DNA from: an uncultured virus (IMG/VR IMGVR_UViG_3300047554_000670)
Taxonomy: Duplodnaviria; Heunggongvirae; Uroviricota; Caudoviricetes
Virus record (IMG/VR): IMGVR_UViG_3300047554_000670
Length of the DNA stretch: 64,000 nt
Reading direction: 5' to 3' (one strand)
Numbering within the stretch: the first letter of the stretch is position 1; every line of letters starts with the position of its first letter. The position numbers were made by a program, and so were the translations under genes. Below are positions 1 to 12,600 of the stretch, piece by piece. A model generated the notes under the pieces. That model saw only the letters and a program-made list of their open reading frames with translations, ran no database searches and was not told the DNA's origin.

Positions 1-269
1 TTAGTTTGGAAAGCTTTACCTAACAACGAAAGATAATTATATCTATCACAGGGCTTATATTTAGAGCTTAATAGAGAAGAATCAACCTCGATAGAACTTC
101 CTAATAAGATAGCTCTAAAGTACTGATTATGTAAGTTAATAACCTTAGCTCTATTCTCTTCTGTATCTCTAGTTAATTTATAAGGATTACCTAAAGAACT
201 ACCTCTATCACATCTAAATCCTAAGATAGAATCCTTGTTTCTAAGATTAAAAACTTTATACTCTACCAT
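1..269 (-). CDS. DUF4326-like protein (3' end runs off the window)
   Basis: Manual translation from ATG at 269: MVEYKVFNLRNKDSILGFRCDRGSSLGNPYKL..., which matches the DRGSxxGNP(F/Y) motif of DUF4326. Confidence 0.6.
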   Translation of the reverse strand, partial: MVEYKVFNLRNKDSILGFRCDRGSSLGNPYKLTRDTEENRAKVINLHNQYFRAILLGSSIEVDSSLLSSKYKPCDRYNYLSLLGKAFQT

Positions 270-463
270 AAACTATCAATTTCCATATCATAGGCTACCA
301 ATTTCCTAGTAAACAAGATTTAGGAGGTTTAACTCTGCTCTTACTCTCTTTATTACGTCTTCCACAAAGGTCACATTTCTTATTATTCTCTACATAACAT
401 CTATCACAATAAGAACAAAATCCTTGATATCTACTTCTAGAAGATAGTTTATATTTATAACGA

Positions 464-1156
464 TTACGCATAAGTAAATAATTTCTCACTAGCTTTCTTA
501 TACTTACCCTCTTTCTTATTTACCCAAGTGTCAATTTCTCTTTCGTAAATACAGGTAAAATCATCGGGTGCTTCATATTCACTAACGAAGACTTTACAGG
601 GTAGGTTTCTACACCAATCCCAGAACTCATCATGATTAAACTTAGCTATCTTACTGTATTGAGTTGTGTTCTTATAAGGTGGGTCACAATACACAATTGC
701 ATTGGAAGGAATAACTAAATCTTTATAATCACAACAAATTAAATCACTTCCTTGTAGTAAAGGAGATTGTTTAACCGCACTATTATATGCTTCGGTAACG
801 TAATCTCTATTGGATTTATTCCTAGCCCATCCCCCTAAAAACTTAGCACCATAACTATAAGTAAATGAAGCAAAACCCTTATGAGGATAAGCATCACTAT
901 GTCTAAGCTTTCTATAGTCTTCCTCAGTAAACTCTAAGTTATTCTTAGGAAGTTCATTAACATAATCTCTTATAGAGATAAGAGCTTGGATTGTATAAGG
1001 ATTAGCATCAGAACCAAGTCTAGGATTAGCTACTTGACTAAATACATTAGCCCCTCCTACAAATGGTTCTACCCATACATCATCAGGTTGTCTATAAGCT
1101 AGCATTAGTGGAACTATGTCCTTAACTAATCTAGACTTACTTCCCATATATTTCAT
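464..1156 (-). CDS. DNA adenine methyltransferase (D12/Dam-like)
   Basis: N-terminal KYMGSK, EPFVGG SAM-binding motif, YCDPPY catalytic motif. Confidence 0.9.
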   Translation of the reverse strand: MKYMGSKSRLVKDIVPLMLAYRQPDDVWVEPFVGGANVFSQVANPRLGSDANPYTIQALISIRDYVNELPKNNLEFTEEDYRKLRHSDAYPHKGFASFTYSYGAKFLGGWARNKSNRDYVTEAYNSAVKQSPLLQGSDLICCDYKDLVIPSNAIVYCDPPYKNTTQYSKIAKFNHDEFWDWCRNLPCKVFVSEYEAPDDFTCIYEREIDTWVNKKEGKYKKASEKLFTYA

Positions 1157-1164
1157 ACCTGATA

Positions 1165-1999
1165 CTAGTCTTTATAATTTCTAATAATCACATCATTAAC
1201 CTTAACTCTACTCTCTTTAGTAGCACCAACACAACGAAAGGAAGATAAGTCAATAATCTCATAATCTCTATATAGTTCTCGTATTAAATCAGTTCCTGAG
1301 TTAGTCATTAACCATTTAGCTTTATTTAGACTATGGTTTATCCAATTAAATAATTGAACTTGATCAAATACAGAATCATTCCAGTAAGAGTTAAAGGTTT
1401 GGTCATAAGGAGGGTCTAGGTAGAAGAAGCTACTACTAAGGTCAAACTCTGTATCTACTTGACTATAGCTTGTATTTGTTATTACTAAGTCTACGGAGTT
1501 TAGATAATTATGAATTTTTACTAAGTTATTTACTATAGGGTCAATGTTAGGGGATTGTTTACCGTAAGGAACATTAAACTTACCTTGTTTATTAAATCTA
1601 CAGAGACCGTTATAACCAAAGTTTAAGAGATAAATAAATCTAGCAGATTGTTCTGCTAACTTAGGAAATATATTCTCTTCTAGAGAATTATCCATACTTA
1701 TTAAAGATATCTCTCTGTTTATAATATTCTTCCTCTGTATTAGATAAAAGAAAGAGACAATCTAACTCATATAGCATTATATGAAGTAGTTCTTTATTCC
1801 TTAAGCATCTCCACAGTAGGTTAACAAAAGAGTTAATGTCATTGAGATAGATATGGTTTGTTGGTTTATATGCAAGAAGTAAACTACCCATGCCTACAAA
1901 GGGTTCATAATAGTTTGTAGGCATAGTAGAAGGGAAGTACCTAATAATGTTGGTAGCTTCCCTTGATTTACCTCCTGTCCATTTACAGGGGGCTTTCAT
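1165..1999 (-). pseudogene. dam: Dam-family adenine methyltransferase split by a frameshift near 1690
   Basis: N-terminal half (1688-1999) has KWTGGK and EPFVGMG; C-terminal half (1165-1695) has YNGLCRFNKQGKFNVPYG and YLDPPY. The two ORFs overlap by 8 nt. Confidence 0.8.
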
Positions 2000-3183
2000 T
2001 GTTATTTGTCTTTAGGTTTAGGTTTAGGGTCTTTAGGTCCGGGTTTCCATTTATCATCCCGCTTAATAGGTTTACTCTGATCGTCTTTATCTTTCATAGT
2101 TAACATCCTATGTACTCCTATATCAATATGCCTCTATCGTCCACTTCCACGATGTTCAAAATTATTAACTTCGTTATAGTTCATCATTTTTAACCTCATA
2201 TACTTTGTAAATTGGAACACCATTAGCTTCATTCAATAAATCACATAAATCCATAGCCTCTTTATAACTTGTATAGAAAGGCTTACATTTGTCTCTAATA
2301 CCAGCTACATCCCAACGTGGACCTGTATAAGATGTATCTGACAGACGAAAGGATTTACGAATATGAAATACCCCCTCTCTATCAAAAACATCAGGTGCCA
2401 TAGCCGGTAGATTAATTCCATACTGATGCTTACTTAAAGCCATAGCATAAGCTTCATCATAGGATGAAGCTAATATCTGATAGTGAGGCTTATTAGGGTC
2501 ATCTTCTCTAGATGACTTAACTCGAAAATAATGAGGATTATCTTCAAGGTATATACTAAAGACTTTCATAATTAGTATCTTGCATAACAGATACAAGGGC
2601 TATCATCCCAGTGAGAACAATAAGGACATTGTAGGTAAGAGTGATTAAACTCATCCCACTCTACATTCTCACTGTAGTCTTCTTGCCAAGCTAACATTTT
2701 CTCTAAGCTGTATGCACAATCTTTTTCTTCTTCTGTTAAAAGAAGAAGATTATCACTTAGAATATCAGACTTAAGTTTAGATATTTTCATCTTTCAAACC
2801 GGGTAAAACCTCAACATAATAACCTTCTCTAATAAAGAAATCTAAAATTTCTTTAGCCTTATCATAATCATCAAAGTAGTCAGTATATTCATCCCCAATA
2901 CCTAAGTCTTTCCAATAATATTCACCTATTGGTGTTGGAAATTTATACTTTTTAGAAATAAACCAAACAATGTCAGGGTTTCCAGGTTTCCAAGTCATAT
3001 TAAAAATCGTAAAGTAATTTAGTGCCGACAAAATAAGGAGCTATAGTCTTATCTGCTGTAAGATTTAGTTGCTTACACATCTCTTCAGCTTCTGTCTCTA
3101 GTTCATAATAAGGTTCACATAATCCTAATTCCCAGGGTTTAGTTGCATCTTTACTTAAAACTACAAATACAGATGTTGCATTA

Positions 3184-3627
3184 TTAAATCTTCCAACATA
3201 GTGCAATTCCTACAGAGTCACTTTCATGATTACTACTAAATACAGAGGGAATGTTATTTACTGATAATCTGATTGAGTCTTCTAATTCTTCTTTCGTTGC
3301 TTTACCGTTACCACAAACTAACTTCTTAACTTGTGTAGGTCCAACTTCTTGATACTCTAATTTAGACTTAGCACTAAGGTAACAGAATAAGCCACAAGGA
3401 TAATAGAGGTTAACCTTAGGTATATTAGGCTTTTCTATAATCACACCATTAACTTTGTTCTTATCTATATAAGTCTTAAAGATAGATTCTAACTTAACTA
3501 ATCTATCCCCTAATGATGTTTTATTATCAAGCTTAACCGTACTAGAGTGTATAAGTTCTTTATTAGATAACTCTAGTACAGCAAACCCTAGATTCACAGT
3601 ACCTATATCAATTCCCAGTATTCTCAT
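3184..3627 (-). CDS. ruvC: RuvC-like Holliday junction resolvase
   Basis: ILGIDIGTVNLG, IIEK, PTQVKKLVCGNGKATKEE and HESDSVGIA motifs. Confidence 0.9.
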   Translation of the reverse strand: MRILGIDIGTVNLGFAVLELSNKELIHSSTVKLDNKTSLGDRLVKLESIFKTYIDKNKVNGVIIEKPNIPKVNLYYPCGLFCYLSAKSKLEYQEVGPTQVKKLVCGNGKATKEELEDSIRLSVNNIPSVFSSNHESDSVGIALCWKI

Positions 3628-4675
3628 TATGTATATTAATAACTCTGTAAGGTATTATAACCTCATAATGTGAGTTATTATCAGCACTAAAGAATACCAA
3701 AGAATCGTAATACATAGATAAGGCTTTACTTGCCTTAAAGTTATACAGACACTTATCTAATTCTTTTTGACTAAAATACAAATCCCGCTCAAGTACTATA
3801 TCAATATTGGCATATTCAATAACTTGGCTATCTTGAATATACCCAATACTCCCAGTCTCGGTAAGAACTAGAGTATCAGAGAAAGACTTAGCCGTATTGA
3901 TAATACTATAGAATTCTTTACCTGAACCAAGTTCAACTTTCGTACATTGTTCAATACTGTTAAATAACTCTAAGATAAGCTTTTGTGTCTCATCCAAACT
4001 ATCTTGTACACCATTGATAAAGATAAAACTTGGACGTTCAATGTTATCAAAGAATTTAACATTATCTTCTAACGAAAGAAAAAAGAAGTCTGTAAGCTTA
4101 TTCAGTCCATTAATTAGAGAAGCTTTAAGTTCAAAGGAATAACAGAACTCTTCATCTGCTAGTCCTAATTTAGAAAAGCCACAAGCTATATCAGAGAAAC
4201 CTACTAAATAGGAAGAAGTTAGATAAGCCTTACCATAATTACGACTAAGGTTATACAGATTAGTTAGAGCTTGAGGAGAAAGGATAATCTTACTACTCTC
4301 AGAAGAAATGTTGGTAATTGTTATCTCTGTATTCTCTATAGTCTCTAATGCTAACTGATACCCTGTACCTTGACACTCAACATATAAGCCTCCTTGTAAG
4401 GTCTCTTCATCTACAAATAGATAAGAATTACCTTTAGGAGTTTTAGTATCCTTAGCCTTAATTAGCATCTGGCTATCAAGGATAAAGGTACAAGATTCGT
4501 AAGTGTTATCAAGAACACCATTAGTATTGTCCTGATAATAAATAAAACATAATGTGTTATTACCAAAGACAAACTTATCAGGATAGAACGAAAGAAATAA
4601 TTTATCCTCTTTGCAATGATTAAGTAGCTTAATCTGACTAACAAAGACCTTTGTATCTAGAACACTTAAGAACAT
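3608..4675 (-). CDS. Hypothetical protein, possibly a sliding-clamp (beta-clamp-like) fold
   Basis: 355 aa with an alternating beta/alpha pattern, in a replication context; no diagnostic motif. Confidence 0.3.
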   Translation of the reverse strand: MFLSVLDTKVFVSQIKLLNHCKEDKLFLSFYPDKFVFGNNTLCFIYYQDNTNGVLDNTYESCTFILDSQMLIKAKDTKTPKGNSYLFVDEETLQGGLYVECQGTGYQLALETIENTEITITNISSESSKIILSPQALTNLYNLSRNYGKAYLTSSYLVGFSDIACGFSKLGLADEEFCYSFELKASLINGLNKLTDFFFLSLEDNVKFFDNIERPSFIFINGVQDSLDETQKLILELFNSIEQCTKVELGSGKEFYSIINTAKSFSDTLVLTETGSIGYIQDSQVIEYANIDIVLERDLYFSQKELDKCLYNFKASKALSMYYDSLVFFSADNNSHYEVIIPYRVINIHNENTGN

Positions 4676-4700
4676 ATGACCTCTTAACTAAAATATCTCA

Positions 4701-5552
4701 CTATAGAACTTGTAAAATAGCTAACAGATAGCTACGTAGAATATTAGCTTGTTGATTAGGAATCTCTCTATCTAGTAATTCAAATTCACTACGCACAGTC
4801 ATATAGCCATTATCTTTCGTTAGTTTATTGAAGTCTCTTACACAAGAGGACTGAAGAATATCACTACCATAGATAAAGAACCAAACATCGTTAATCTTAG
4901 TACCACACAAAGTATTATTCACATATAAGTGGGTAAGATTATCAACTTGTAGAACTAAACACTTCTTAGTTAGTTCTAAGTCTAAAACTTTAGGAATAGT
5001 AGGAGCTAGAAGAGAAGTAGAGTCATCATAAGTGTAATTAATGTTCTGATAATACGTAACATTCGTATAATCACTAATATTAGGGTGGTCTGGAAATAAA
5101 TTAAAATGTTCTTCCGCATCCTTAAGGATAAAGGTGTTATCTACATAAGGCATAGAAGTATAATGATACTTCTCTTCATACTCTGACTCTTGTAATTCAA
5201 CAATGAATAAGTCAGTAGCAATATGAAGATAAGGATAGTAATATTCTGGGTATTTGCTAAAGCTTAAGTATAAGCCTCCGCCATCTCTAAGTCTAGAGTT
5301 AATACTGGCTTTAAGCTCATAGTCGTTACTAACCCAATTTCCAATTTCTTCTTTATTAAATCCTAAAAAGAGATGTTGATTTTCATCGGTAATCTCAGAG
5401 CTAATCCAGTAAGCATTAGGGAAAATGTGATTCTTAGGCTTAACGAATTCCTTTGTGTTAGAATCAACATAAAATACTAAAGATAAATCAAATACAGGGA
5501 GGGAAGGTAATTTGAAAGTCATAATGGATAACGAAACTACATTTATTGACAA
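4701..5552 (-). CDS. Hypothetical protein
   Basis: Long ORF on the coding strand; true start is probably downstream of 5552. Confidence 0.6.
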   Translation of the reverse strand: MSINVVSLSIMTFKLPSLPVFDLSLVFYVDSNTKEFVKPKNHIFPNAYWISSEITDENQHLFLGFNKEEIGNWVSNDYELKASINSRLRDGGGLYLSFSKYPEYYYPYLHIATDLFIVELQESEYEEKYHYTSMPYVDNTFILKDAEEHFNLFPDHPNISDYTNVTYYQNINYTYDDSTSLLAPTIPKVLDLELTKKCLVLQVDNLTHLYVNNTLCGTKINDVWFFIYGSDILQSSCVRDFNKLTKDNGYMTVRSEFELLDREIPNQQANILRSYLLAILQVL

Positions 5553-5728
5553 GAATAATAAGCTCTGGTTTCTACAAGATATAGTAGAGACCAGAAGCCT
5601 ATTGTCTAACAGTTGTGAAACTAGAGTATTTCTAATTGATAGTCAAGGGAGTACAAAACATATTAAGCTTAAGACTTTAGAAAAAGACTATAAACAAATA
5701 CTTTGCCCTCATCATCTTGACTATATTC

Positions 5729-6403
5729 TTAGACTCGACTCTCTTTTAGAAAATCCCGCTTAGGAAATAACAGATGACCTAAGTAATGCTTAAGTTCATC
5801 TTCTGTTGTAAAGTTATTCTCAATCTCATACACCTTAATACCATTATCCTTAAGGTATTTCAGATTATCTTGAAGATTAATATCACTAGGTTTAGCGTAT
5901 TCCGTATCTCTAGTGAAATATAATACTTCTACTTCATTCTTGTAATAACCACTATAGTTTGCATCAAAGTTATTAAAATCAACAAGAAGTTCAACCTCTT
6001 CTTTCTTTCGTACTCCGTGAATAGCTAAATGATTAACACCGTAATCCTTAACCTTAAAGTATGCCTCTAGTTTACGTTTCAAATATCTACTAGAAAAGAA
6101 TGGGTCTACTTCTTCACGAAACAAATACTCTTTAACCATTAAGTCTTGATAAGTAGGACTATGGCCATCATTCCATATCATAGGCATACCATCTAAACCT
6201 AATACAAGTTGATGTTTCTTATTTTGGTCATCTAAGAACCCTAGCTGTAACCCATATACTTTTTCTAGAAATCGTTTTCCTTCATCAAAAGGGTGGATAA
6301 TTTCTAGAACAGCACAAACTAAGTCATGCTTACACATTTTATCAAGTAGGTTTGCCGCCGTAGTCTTCCCTGATGCTGATAAACCAAGAAAAAGATAAAT
6401 CAT
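5729..6403 (-). CDS. Deoxynucleoside monophosphate kinase-like P-loop protein
   Basis: N-terminal GLSASGKTT, a D/G-V-R..E-like motif (HGVRKKEE) and C-terminal IENN, next to dUTPase. Confidence 0.7.
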   Translation of the reverse strand: MIYLFLGLSASGKTTAANLLDKMCKHDLVCAVLEIIHPFDEGKRFLEKVYGLQLGFLDDQNKKHQLVLGLDGMPMIWNDGHSPTYQDLMVKEYLFREEVDPFFSSRYLKRKLEAYFKVKDYGVNHLAIHGVRKKEEVELLVDFNNFDANYSGYYKNEVEVLYFTRDTEYAKPSDINLQDNLKYLKDNGIKVYEIENNFTTEDELKHYLGHLLFPKRDFLKESRV

Positions 6404-6726
6404 ATATCACAAATCACACTTTGCTGTTTTGTTACTTCTACAATCCCAATACTTAACATGCTTAAGTCTAGGATGTGAAAACGAAAGAATAGAGACACTT
6501 AATAAAGCAGAACTAATTTTAATGCCAGGAAATAATTTCTTAAGACAAGGATAATACTCAGATTGTAAGATTCTTTCTTTCTCAATCTCTGTTAACCCCT
6601 CACTATAGAGCAAGCATAAACAATCCCACAGAAATTTCTTTCTATCAGAATATCTCTGTGGGACGGCATCAAACATCTGGTTATTAAGTGTATTAACTTG
6701 TTTAATTAACCAGAGATAGGACATTT

Positions 6727-7317
6727 TTATACTGTTCCCGTAGAACCAAAACCACCTGTACGGTCTTTCACCGTAACCTCACCTTGTACAAAATTAGGAT
6801 TTAGAGAGAAGCCAAATTCAACTTGAGCTACTTTATGCCCATCATACAGACGAATAACACGAGTACTCGTATTTCGTGCCCACATAATCCACTCATTAGG
6901 ATAAGTGGAATCAATAACACCTACACTATTTTGTAACTGTAAACCCTTAATAATAGCTGTACTAGACCGGACATACATCTTAGCCCCTAAAGTTACCGGC
7001 ATATAGGAAAGTTCGGTATCATCAAGCGTTACCTTATAGGGTACATACACAGTACAGGGAGATAATTGAGCTTTGAAACCCAAAGGAATCTGTACATGAT
7101 GATTAGGAGCAATATCAATATATAACTGGTCATCTTTATCACGAAAGGGAACAACATGCATAGTTCCCGCATTATCAGGTTTATCCCCAACAATAAACTC
7201 TAGCTTTCTTCCCGCTGTAAGACTTGCAAATACGTCATAGCAATAATCACTATCATGTGCTTTAGTAGGAACCTTAGCTGTTTCTGTTACTAGTTCGTAG
7301 GTAAAATTAATCATTCT
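6727..7317 (-). CDS. dut: dUTPase (trimeric)
   Basis: KAHDSDYCYDV, RSS, GVIDSTY, KVAQ and RTGGFGSTG motifs. Confidence 0.95.
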   Translation of the reverse strand, partial: RMINFTYELVTETAKVPTKAHDSDYCYDVFASLTAGRKLEFIVGDKPDNAGTMHVVPFRDKDDQLYIDIAPNHHVQIPLGFKAQLSPCTVYVPYKVTLDDTELSYMPVTLGAKMYVRSSTAIIKGLQLQNSVGVIDSTYPNEWIMWARNTSTRVIRLYDGHKVAQVEFGFSLNPNFVQGEVTVKDRTGGFGSTGTV

Positions 7318-8119
7318 TATTCTCTGTATTGTTTTTAGTTGGGTCAAACACTGGGTTATATGTGTTTGTCCATTCCCTCATAGGTGATTGAGGGTACATC
7401 TTTAACCAAGCAAACTGAGTATACCACCAGAAGAAGTTACTGAGGTCATTAAGAATCTTCTGAGACCTAATCATACTAGCTGTACGGTATAGAACTACAT
7501 GAAGTTCTTCATTATCCTTAACTTCATCAACTTCACTAGTCTCTAATACAAGAGAGTCTAAAGGTTTACTAAATGAAGTGAATAAATCTAGAACTACACG
7601 AGAATCAGTTAACCACTGTACATAGTTAGATTCTAGTTCTCTAACATAGACTCTAAATTCATCTAGCTGACGTAACTGTGGGTCTGTAACAATAGGGAAG
7701 TTCATCCCTTGTTTACCTGTACCTTTATAGAACTCTTCCTCATAGTAAGCTTTTCTTTCGTTGAGAAAAGATAACAGCGTACCAGGAAAATGATATCGGT
7801 CAGTGTTTCCTTTATTAAAGAGGTATGAGCCTAAACCAATAATATTCTCTTCAACCCAATGAAGAAGATATGTTACGTTAGGCTGGTCAATATCGAGATT
7901 TAGATACTCATATTCATTAAATAGAGGAAGACTTAAACACTTAGATGCACAAATTCTTAACCATTCTGTATTGCTATAAGCTTTACATGCAGGGTCAGAC
8001 TTAGCAATCTTATTTCCTCGTAATAGAGTAGAACATCCTAAAATCTTTGCATTCGCTGTAACCTTACTGTATCCGGTATGAATACGAGTAAGGCTAGAAT
8101 CAGTATCTAGCCCCATCAA
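7307..8119 (-). CDS. PduO-type ATP:cob(I)alamin adenosyltransferase-like protein
   Basis: TRIHTG...STLLRGNKIAKSDPACKAY resembles the PduO N-terminus; RVYVRELE resembles RxxxRRAER; ILNDLSNFFW resembles LNRLSDxLF. Confidence 0.6.
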   Translation of the reverse strand: MMGLDTDSSLTRIHTGYSKVTANAKILGCSTLLRGNKIAKSDPACKAYSNTEWLRICASKCLSLPLFNEYEYLNLDIDQPNVTYLLHWVEENIIGLGSYLFNKGNTDRYHFPGTLLSFLNERKAYYEEEFYKGTGKQGMNFPIVTDPQLRQLDEFRVYVRELESNYVQWLTDSRVVLDLFTSFSKPLDSLVLETSEVDEVKDNEELHVVLYRTASMIRSQKILNDLSNFFWWYTQFAWLKMYPQSPMREWTNTYNPVFDPTKNNTENKND

Positions 8120-9573
8120 TTTACCTCTGTTAGTTAGCTAAAATAAGTTTTACTACAAGTGCCTTAATTCCAGACCACGAAAGTAAAGGATGTTTTACAG
8201 GTTCTTGAACATCAGTAACTTCTACCATCTTATCCTCTACAACATAGAGTGTAGGAGGTGTATATTCAACAGCATTAAGAACATTACGCATTGCAATGAC
8301 CTTCTTCTTAGCTTGCTGTGTCTTGTGTGCTAATAAAACTTTAAGTGCTTGGTCCATGGAATCATCCTCTTTAGTATTATTTACAGTTTATACTTCTTCA
8401 AACGGAAATAAGGCCAGAGCTTCTTTTAACAGAGCCTCCTGTGAGTCATCATACTCTTCTTCGGAAGTGCAGTCAGAAACATCGATAACAACTTTCTCTT
8501 TTCCGGGAGCTTCAAAAATCAAATCCAAAGCATCATTGTAATAACCATTCTGCACATTATAACAAGGGACTAACCATTTATTTCCTGTAATTCCAACTAG
8601 GCAGAACCCTATATTATCCACCTTCTTAATTACTAAATCGTCATCAAAGTACTCATCATAGATAGAATAAGGGTAATTAGGAACTTTCAAATAGCTGAAA
8701 TCAGCTTCAACATATTCACAGCAATCCTGGTCATGAAAATAAGAGAGTACCGCACCGTTATCAAAAACAACCGTATCATCAATCTGTTTAATTCGCATAA
8801 CTACTCCTAAGGTAAATTGTTTTTAGTTTTAATGTAGGTAAAAGCGTCTACTTCATTTGTATGTTTACCCACCCATTTAATATGTGAGTCTAATAGAGGA
8901 ATATTTTCTCCTACATATAGCTCTTTACCAATCTGAATTTCCTCATCAAGTATATACCCCTGTTCATGTACAGGCTTACGTCCTAGATAACAAGTGTAAT
9001 TCTCTACATAACCCTTTACAATCTCAACAATTGTACGTTCTACATAAGGATTATCAGAGTCTTTAGGATAACGCTCATGTAACTCTAGTACTGTACCAAT
9101 AGGGAATAATGCGGGGATATACCCTTGAGCTTCACACTCTAGTGCTTCTTCCTCCGTATCATATTCCTCTTGGCAAATTTCACAGACATAGATTTTTCTT
9201 ACCATTAAAAGTAGGTCTCCGCAGGTTCAGGTTCAACTACTCCAAGAGCGTCATAAACTAGACTAATCACGTCATCTTTAATTGATGGACGAAGAATTGC
9301 AAAAAAACAAGTAAGGAAGAAGTCTATCAGTCTCCTTAAGCATTTCTTTTTCTAACTGCTCCTCTGTCATAGCAGTCTCTTTAACAAATACCTTTAAGTG
9401 ATTAGGAATAGTCGAGGTGTCGGCTTTGCGTAGGTTTTTAATTTGAGAACATTTCAGCTTGATAGTTGCTACTAAATGCTGGTCAGTCATAGTAGCAATA
9501 GGCATAGACAAGCCCTCTTTTGTGTAATGCAAAGTCTGTAATGTTGTCGTCATTTATTCCTTCCTGTAACTAT

Positions 9574-9616
9574 AAAATATACCCTCTAAGAGGGTACTTC
9601 CTAGAGGGTACATATT
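9574..9616 (-). terminator. Stem-loop downstream of the RNR gene
   Basis: Inverted repeat ACCCTCTA...TAGAGGGT followed by a T-rich tract on the minus strand. Confidence 0.55.
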
Positions 9617-9628
9617 GGATTCTATTGG

Positions 9629-12600
9629 TTAAAACTTAATTTCACAGAAGTCACTATCACATCCACTAGGGCCACTAAAGGAGTCCTTAGCTGAATCATA
9701 TTTAGCAACTAACTTGTAGAAATCAATCGATGTATCAATTTTATTCATACGCCGCTCATATTCTTCTTTCGTACACTTCTCATAGGGTAGACGAGGGAAT
9801 GTATCTCCCATACGAGAAAGTAGGGCTGTAGAAATATAGGGTTTGTTGTTATGAATATCAGCGTAGATTTGAGCCGCTAGAGTTTCAACCTCATTCTCCT
9901 TAAGCAAAATCGTACTCGACGTATTATGAGTCGTATAGTAGGTCTGACATTGCATCCAGAACTTATATTGAGCTAATGCACTAACTTCACTACCATCAAA
10001 CCAATCAGGAACTGTGTCTACATGAATTGGAATTTCTACGAGCCAAGTCTTAACACGAGGGTCAAATGGGTCGTTAAGAAGAACACCATTCTCATCGGTA
10101 TCAGTTTGTCCAGGTACTACTTCATAACCAAAGTCATAACATGCTTTAGCTACAGCCGTTGCAGGGTCCATCGTAATACGACGGATATAGTAAGCAGCTT
10201 TAGGGGGTTCCCAGCTATTAGTGTATCCAGTAAGAAGAGTTTGAGAACCTTCAGGCTTTAACCCACTATAACGATTAGGGCGCTTTAGACCTTGTTCATC
10301 ACAATAATCAAATACACCATCTCGTACAGCTAATTTCCAATAGGTAAGGATAATACGTTCATAAGTAGTGAACATCCAACCCAAATCTAGACCCCAACTC
10401 TTATTAGATAAGAAGGAGTCAATTGTATCAAAAATATTAAAGCTTACATCATTTTTAAGTAGCTCTTTAACTTCTGGTTTACTAGACAGAATAGTCTTAA
10501 CTACAGAGGTGACGAAAGAAATTCGCTCATGTTCTTCCTCACTAAAATCATAATGTTCTTGAACCCACTCATCAGGTCTTCCATACAATTCTGGAGGACA
10601 TGTAATATCGTCTGATTCGTATCCAGAAGGCGCAGCAAGCCACCATTCACACCACTTAGGTCCGAATAGCCATGAGAAGAATTCAAAGCCCTCTGTGAAG
10701 CTTGCAAGGACAATAGGGTCAATCTCTCGTGAGTAGGCAAATTTCTCATCAGGAAATTTATGCTTAAGCAATGGGGTCATAATCAAAGCAGAAGCATAGA
10801 AAGCCTTATACATTAGAGGTGCTAAGTCACTAGCATTAAGTTTGTTAACAATAAATTCTCTAATAAGAGGGCGTAAGTGGGTAGAAGATAAGTTGCACAT
10901 GAAGTCACTACCTTCTACTTCACCACAGTTGCCCACTAACAAACCCGCATGAATACTGAATCTGTTGGTCCCTTCTACAGTACAACAATAGACTTCAGGA
11001 GCATTACTGTTAAAAGAAATCTGTTTAACTTGGTTTGTCTTATTCTTAAAGCTATTAAGAGTAGCTTTGTCTCCTAAGTCCTTAAGCCGTTCAAAAGTAC
11101 ACAATTGACCAAGCTTAATGGAATCTTTTTGACTTAGACTAATCCGATAAGTATCTTTACAGTTACACAAACCTCCTCTTTCAGGACCAAAATCCTTAAC
11201 ACCTCCTTTACGAGCAGGCCCAATCTTAGAATTAATTCCTAGAGTACGGAGGAGTAAGACTAGACCCTCTAAGAATGGACGAGAGATACTTGTAAGTTGA
11301 TAACGGAAACCACTATTGCTATCTTGAGCAGTTCCATCAGCATCAAACAAACCTGCAATAAAATTAGCTTTACTTTCGTTGTCCCAGTTAAGAACTTCGT
11401 AAGGGAATTCATGCTTATACTTGTAACACCAAGGATTAAGGTCTTCTTCTACAGCAGTTAGGCTTTTCAGACGATCTGAAGGTGTAAGTCCAACTTCATA
11501 ACTACCTGTACGGCCATTCATTTCACGTTGGGAGGCAAATAGCCGGTCAAGACAGACCATCTTTGGTGCATAGATTTTACACATGGCACCTTTTCCATTT
11601 GAACTAGTACCATCACCAATAAGGAAACCTTTAAGGTAAGCTCCTTTAGCTTTAATAGTACCTTCTACAGGAGGAATATCTGTGGTCATTAACTCATCAC
11701 CAACTTCCAAGTCTTTAAGTTGTTTTTCAGTACCATCAACAAGAATAAACTTATGGTATGCGGTTGCTGTGATAATAGACCCATCATGAAGTTCTACATC
11801 ATAAACATCTTGGTCGGTAGCTGTAACACGGAAGTTATCTACTTTACGCCATTCTGTACCATCATAAACTTCAACTTCCTTACCTACGAGAGTTTCAATA
11901 GGGAAGTAGCCCTCACGAGTCATTACAATAGTACCGGGAGCAAAACAAGGGTTAAGCTGATATCTACTGACTCTATGGGTTAACTCTCGTTCATCAATTT
12001 CCTTACCAAACTTATCCTTATATGCTGTACTAAATAGTTCTTCAAAACTAATTTGATTATCTACAGCTTCGTTAACTTTAACAATTGCATCTTCATTTTC
12101 AAACAAATCAACATTTGCTCGTGCTAAAGCTACGGGTACGTACTGAATAGCTCCTTCACCACAAATAAATTGTGTACGAACTGCATTCTCTACTTCTTCT
12201 AGTGTAGGTTTATGAAAATACAACTTAGTAAAGTTAGAGAACTTGAGTGATTTCTTCTCTTCATCAGCTACCCAAGTCCCATCATCAAGCTGAGTCCACA
12301 GATTCATCTTGGCATCAGCCGTAGGGTCATCAAAGTCAAACTGTTCAATCTTTGCACTTCGTCGCTGTCCTCCCGCTACAGCCCATGCTGCAAACTCATT
12401 ATTAATAAGAGCACAATCTAAAGTATTGATTTGTTGGGATTCAGTAAGTGCTACACGGTTAAGAATATTAGTTAGTCGTGTAAAGAACTCTTCCGTATAT
12501 ACAGGATTAGCAATTCCACCAAATCCTTTACAGGGAGTACCGTAAGGACGAATAGAACTTAGACATACATGGATGGTGTACCCATTAAGAAGAGCCTCTT

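Noticed and set aside
9205..9553. Programmed frameshift in the 9278-9553 ORF
   Set aside because: Removing one T from the T7 run extends the ORF to abut the next gene; a sequencing error or recent mutation is the simpler explanation
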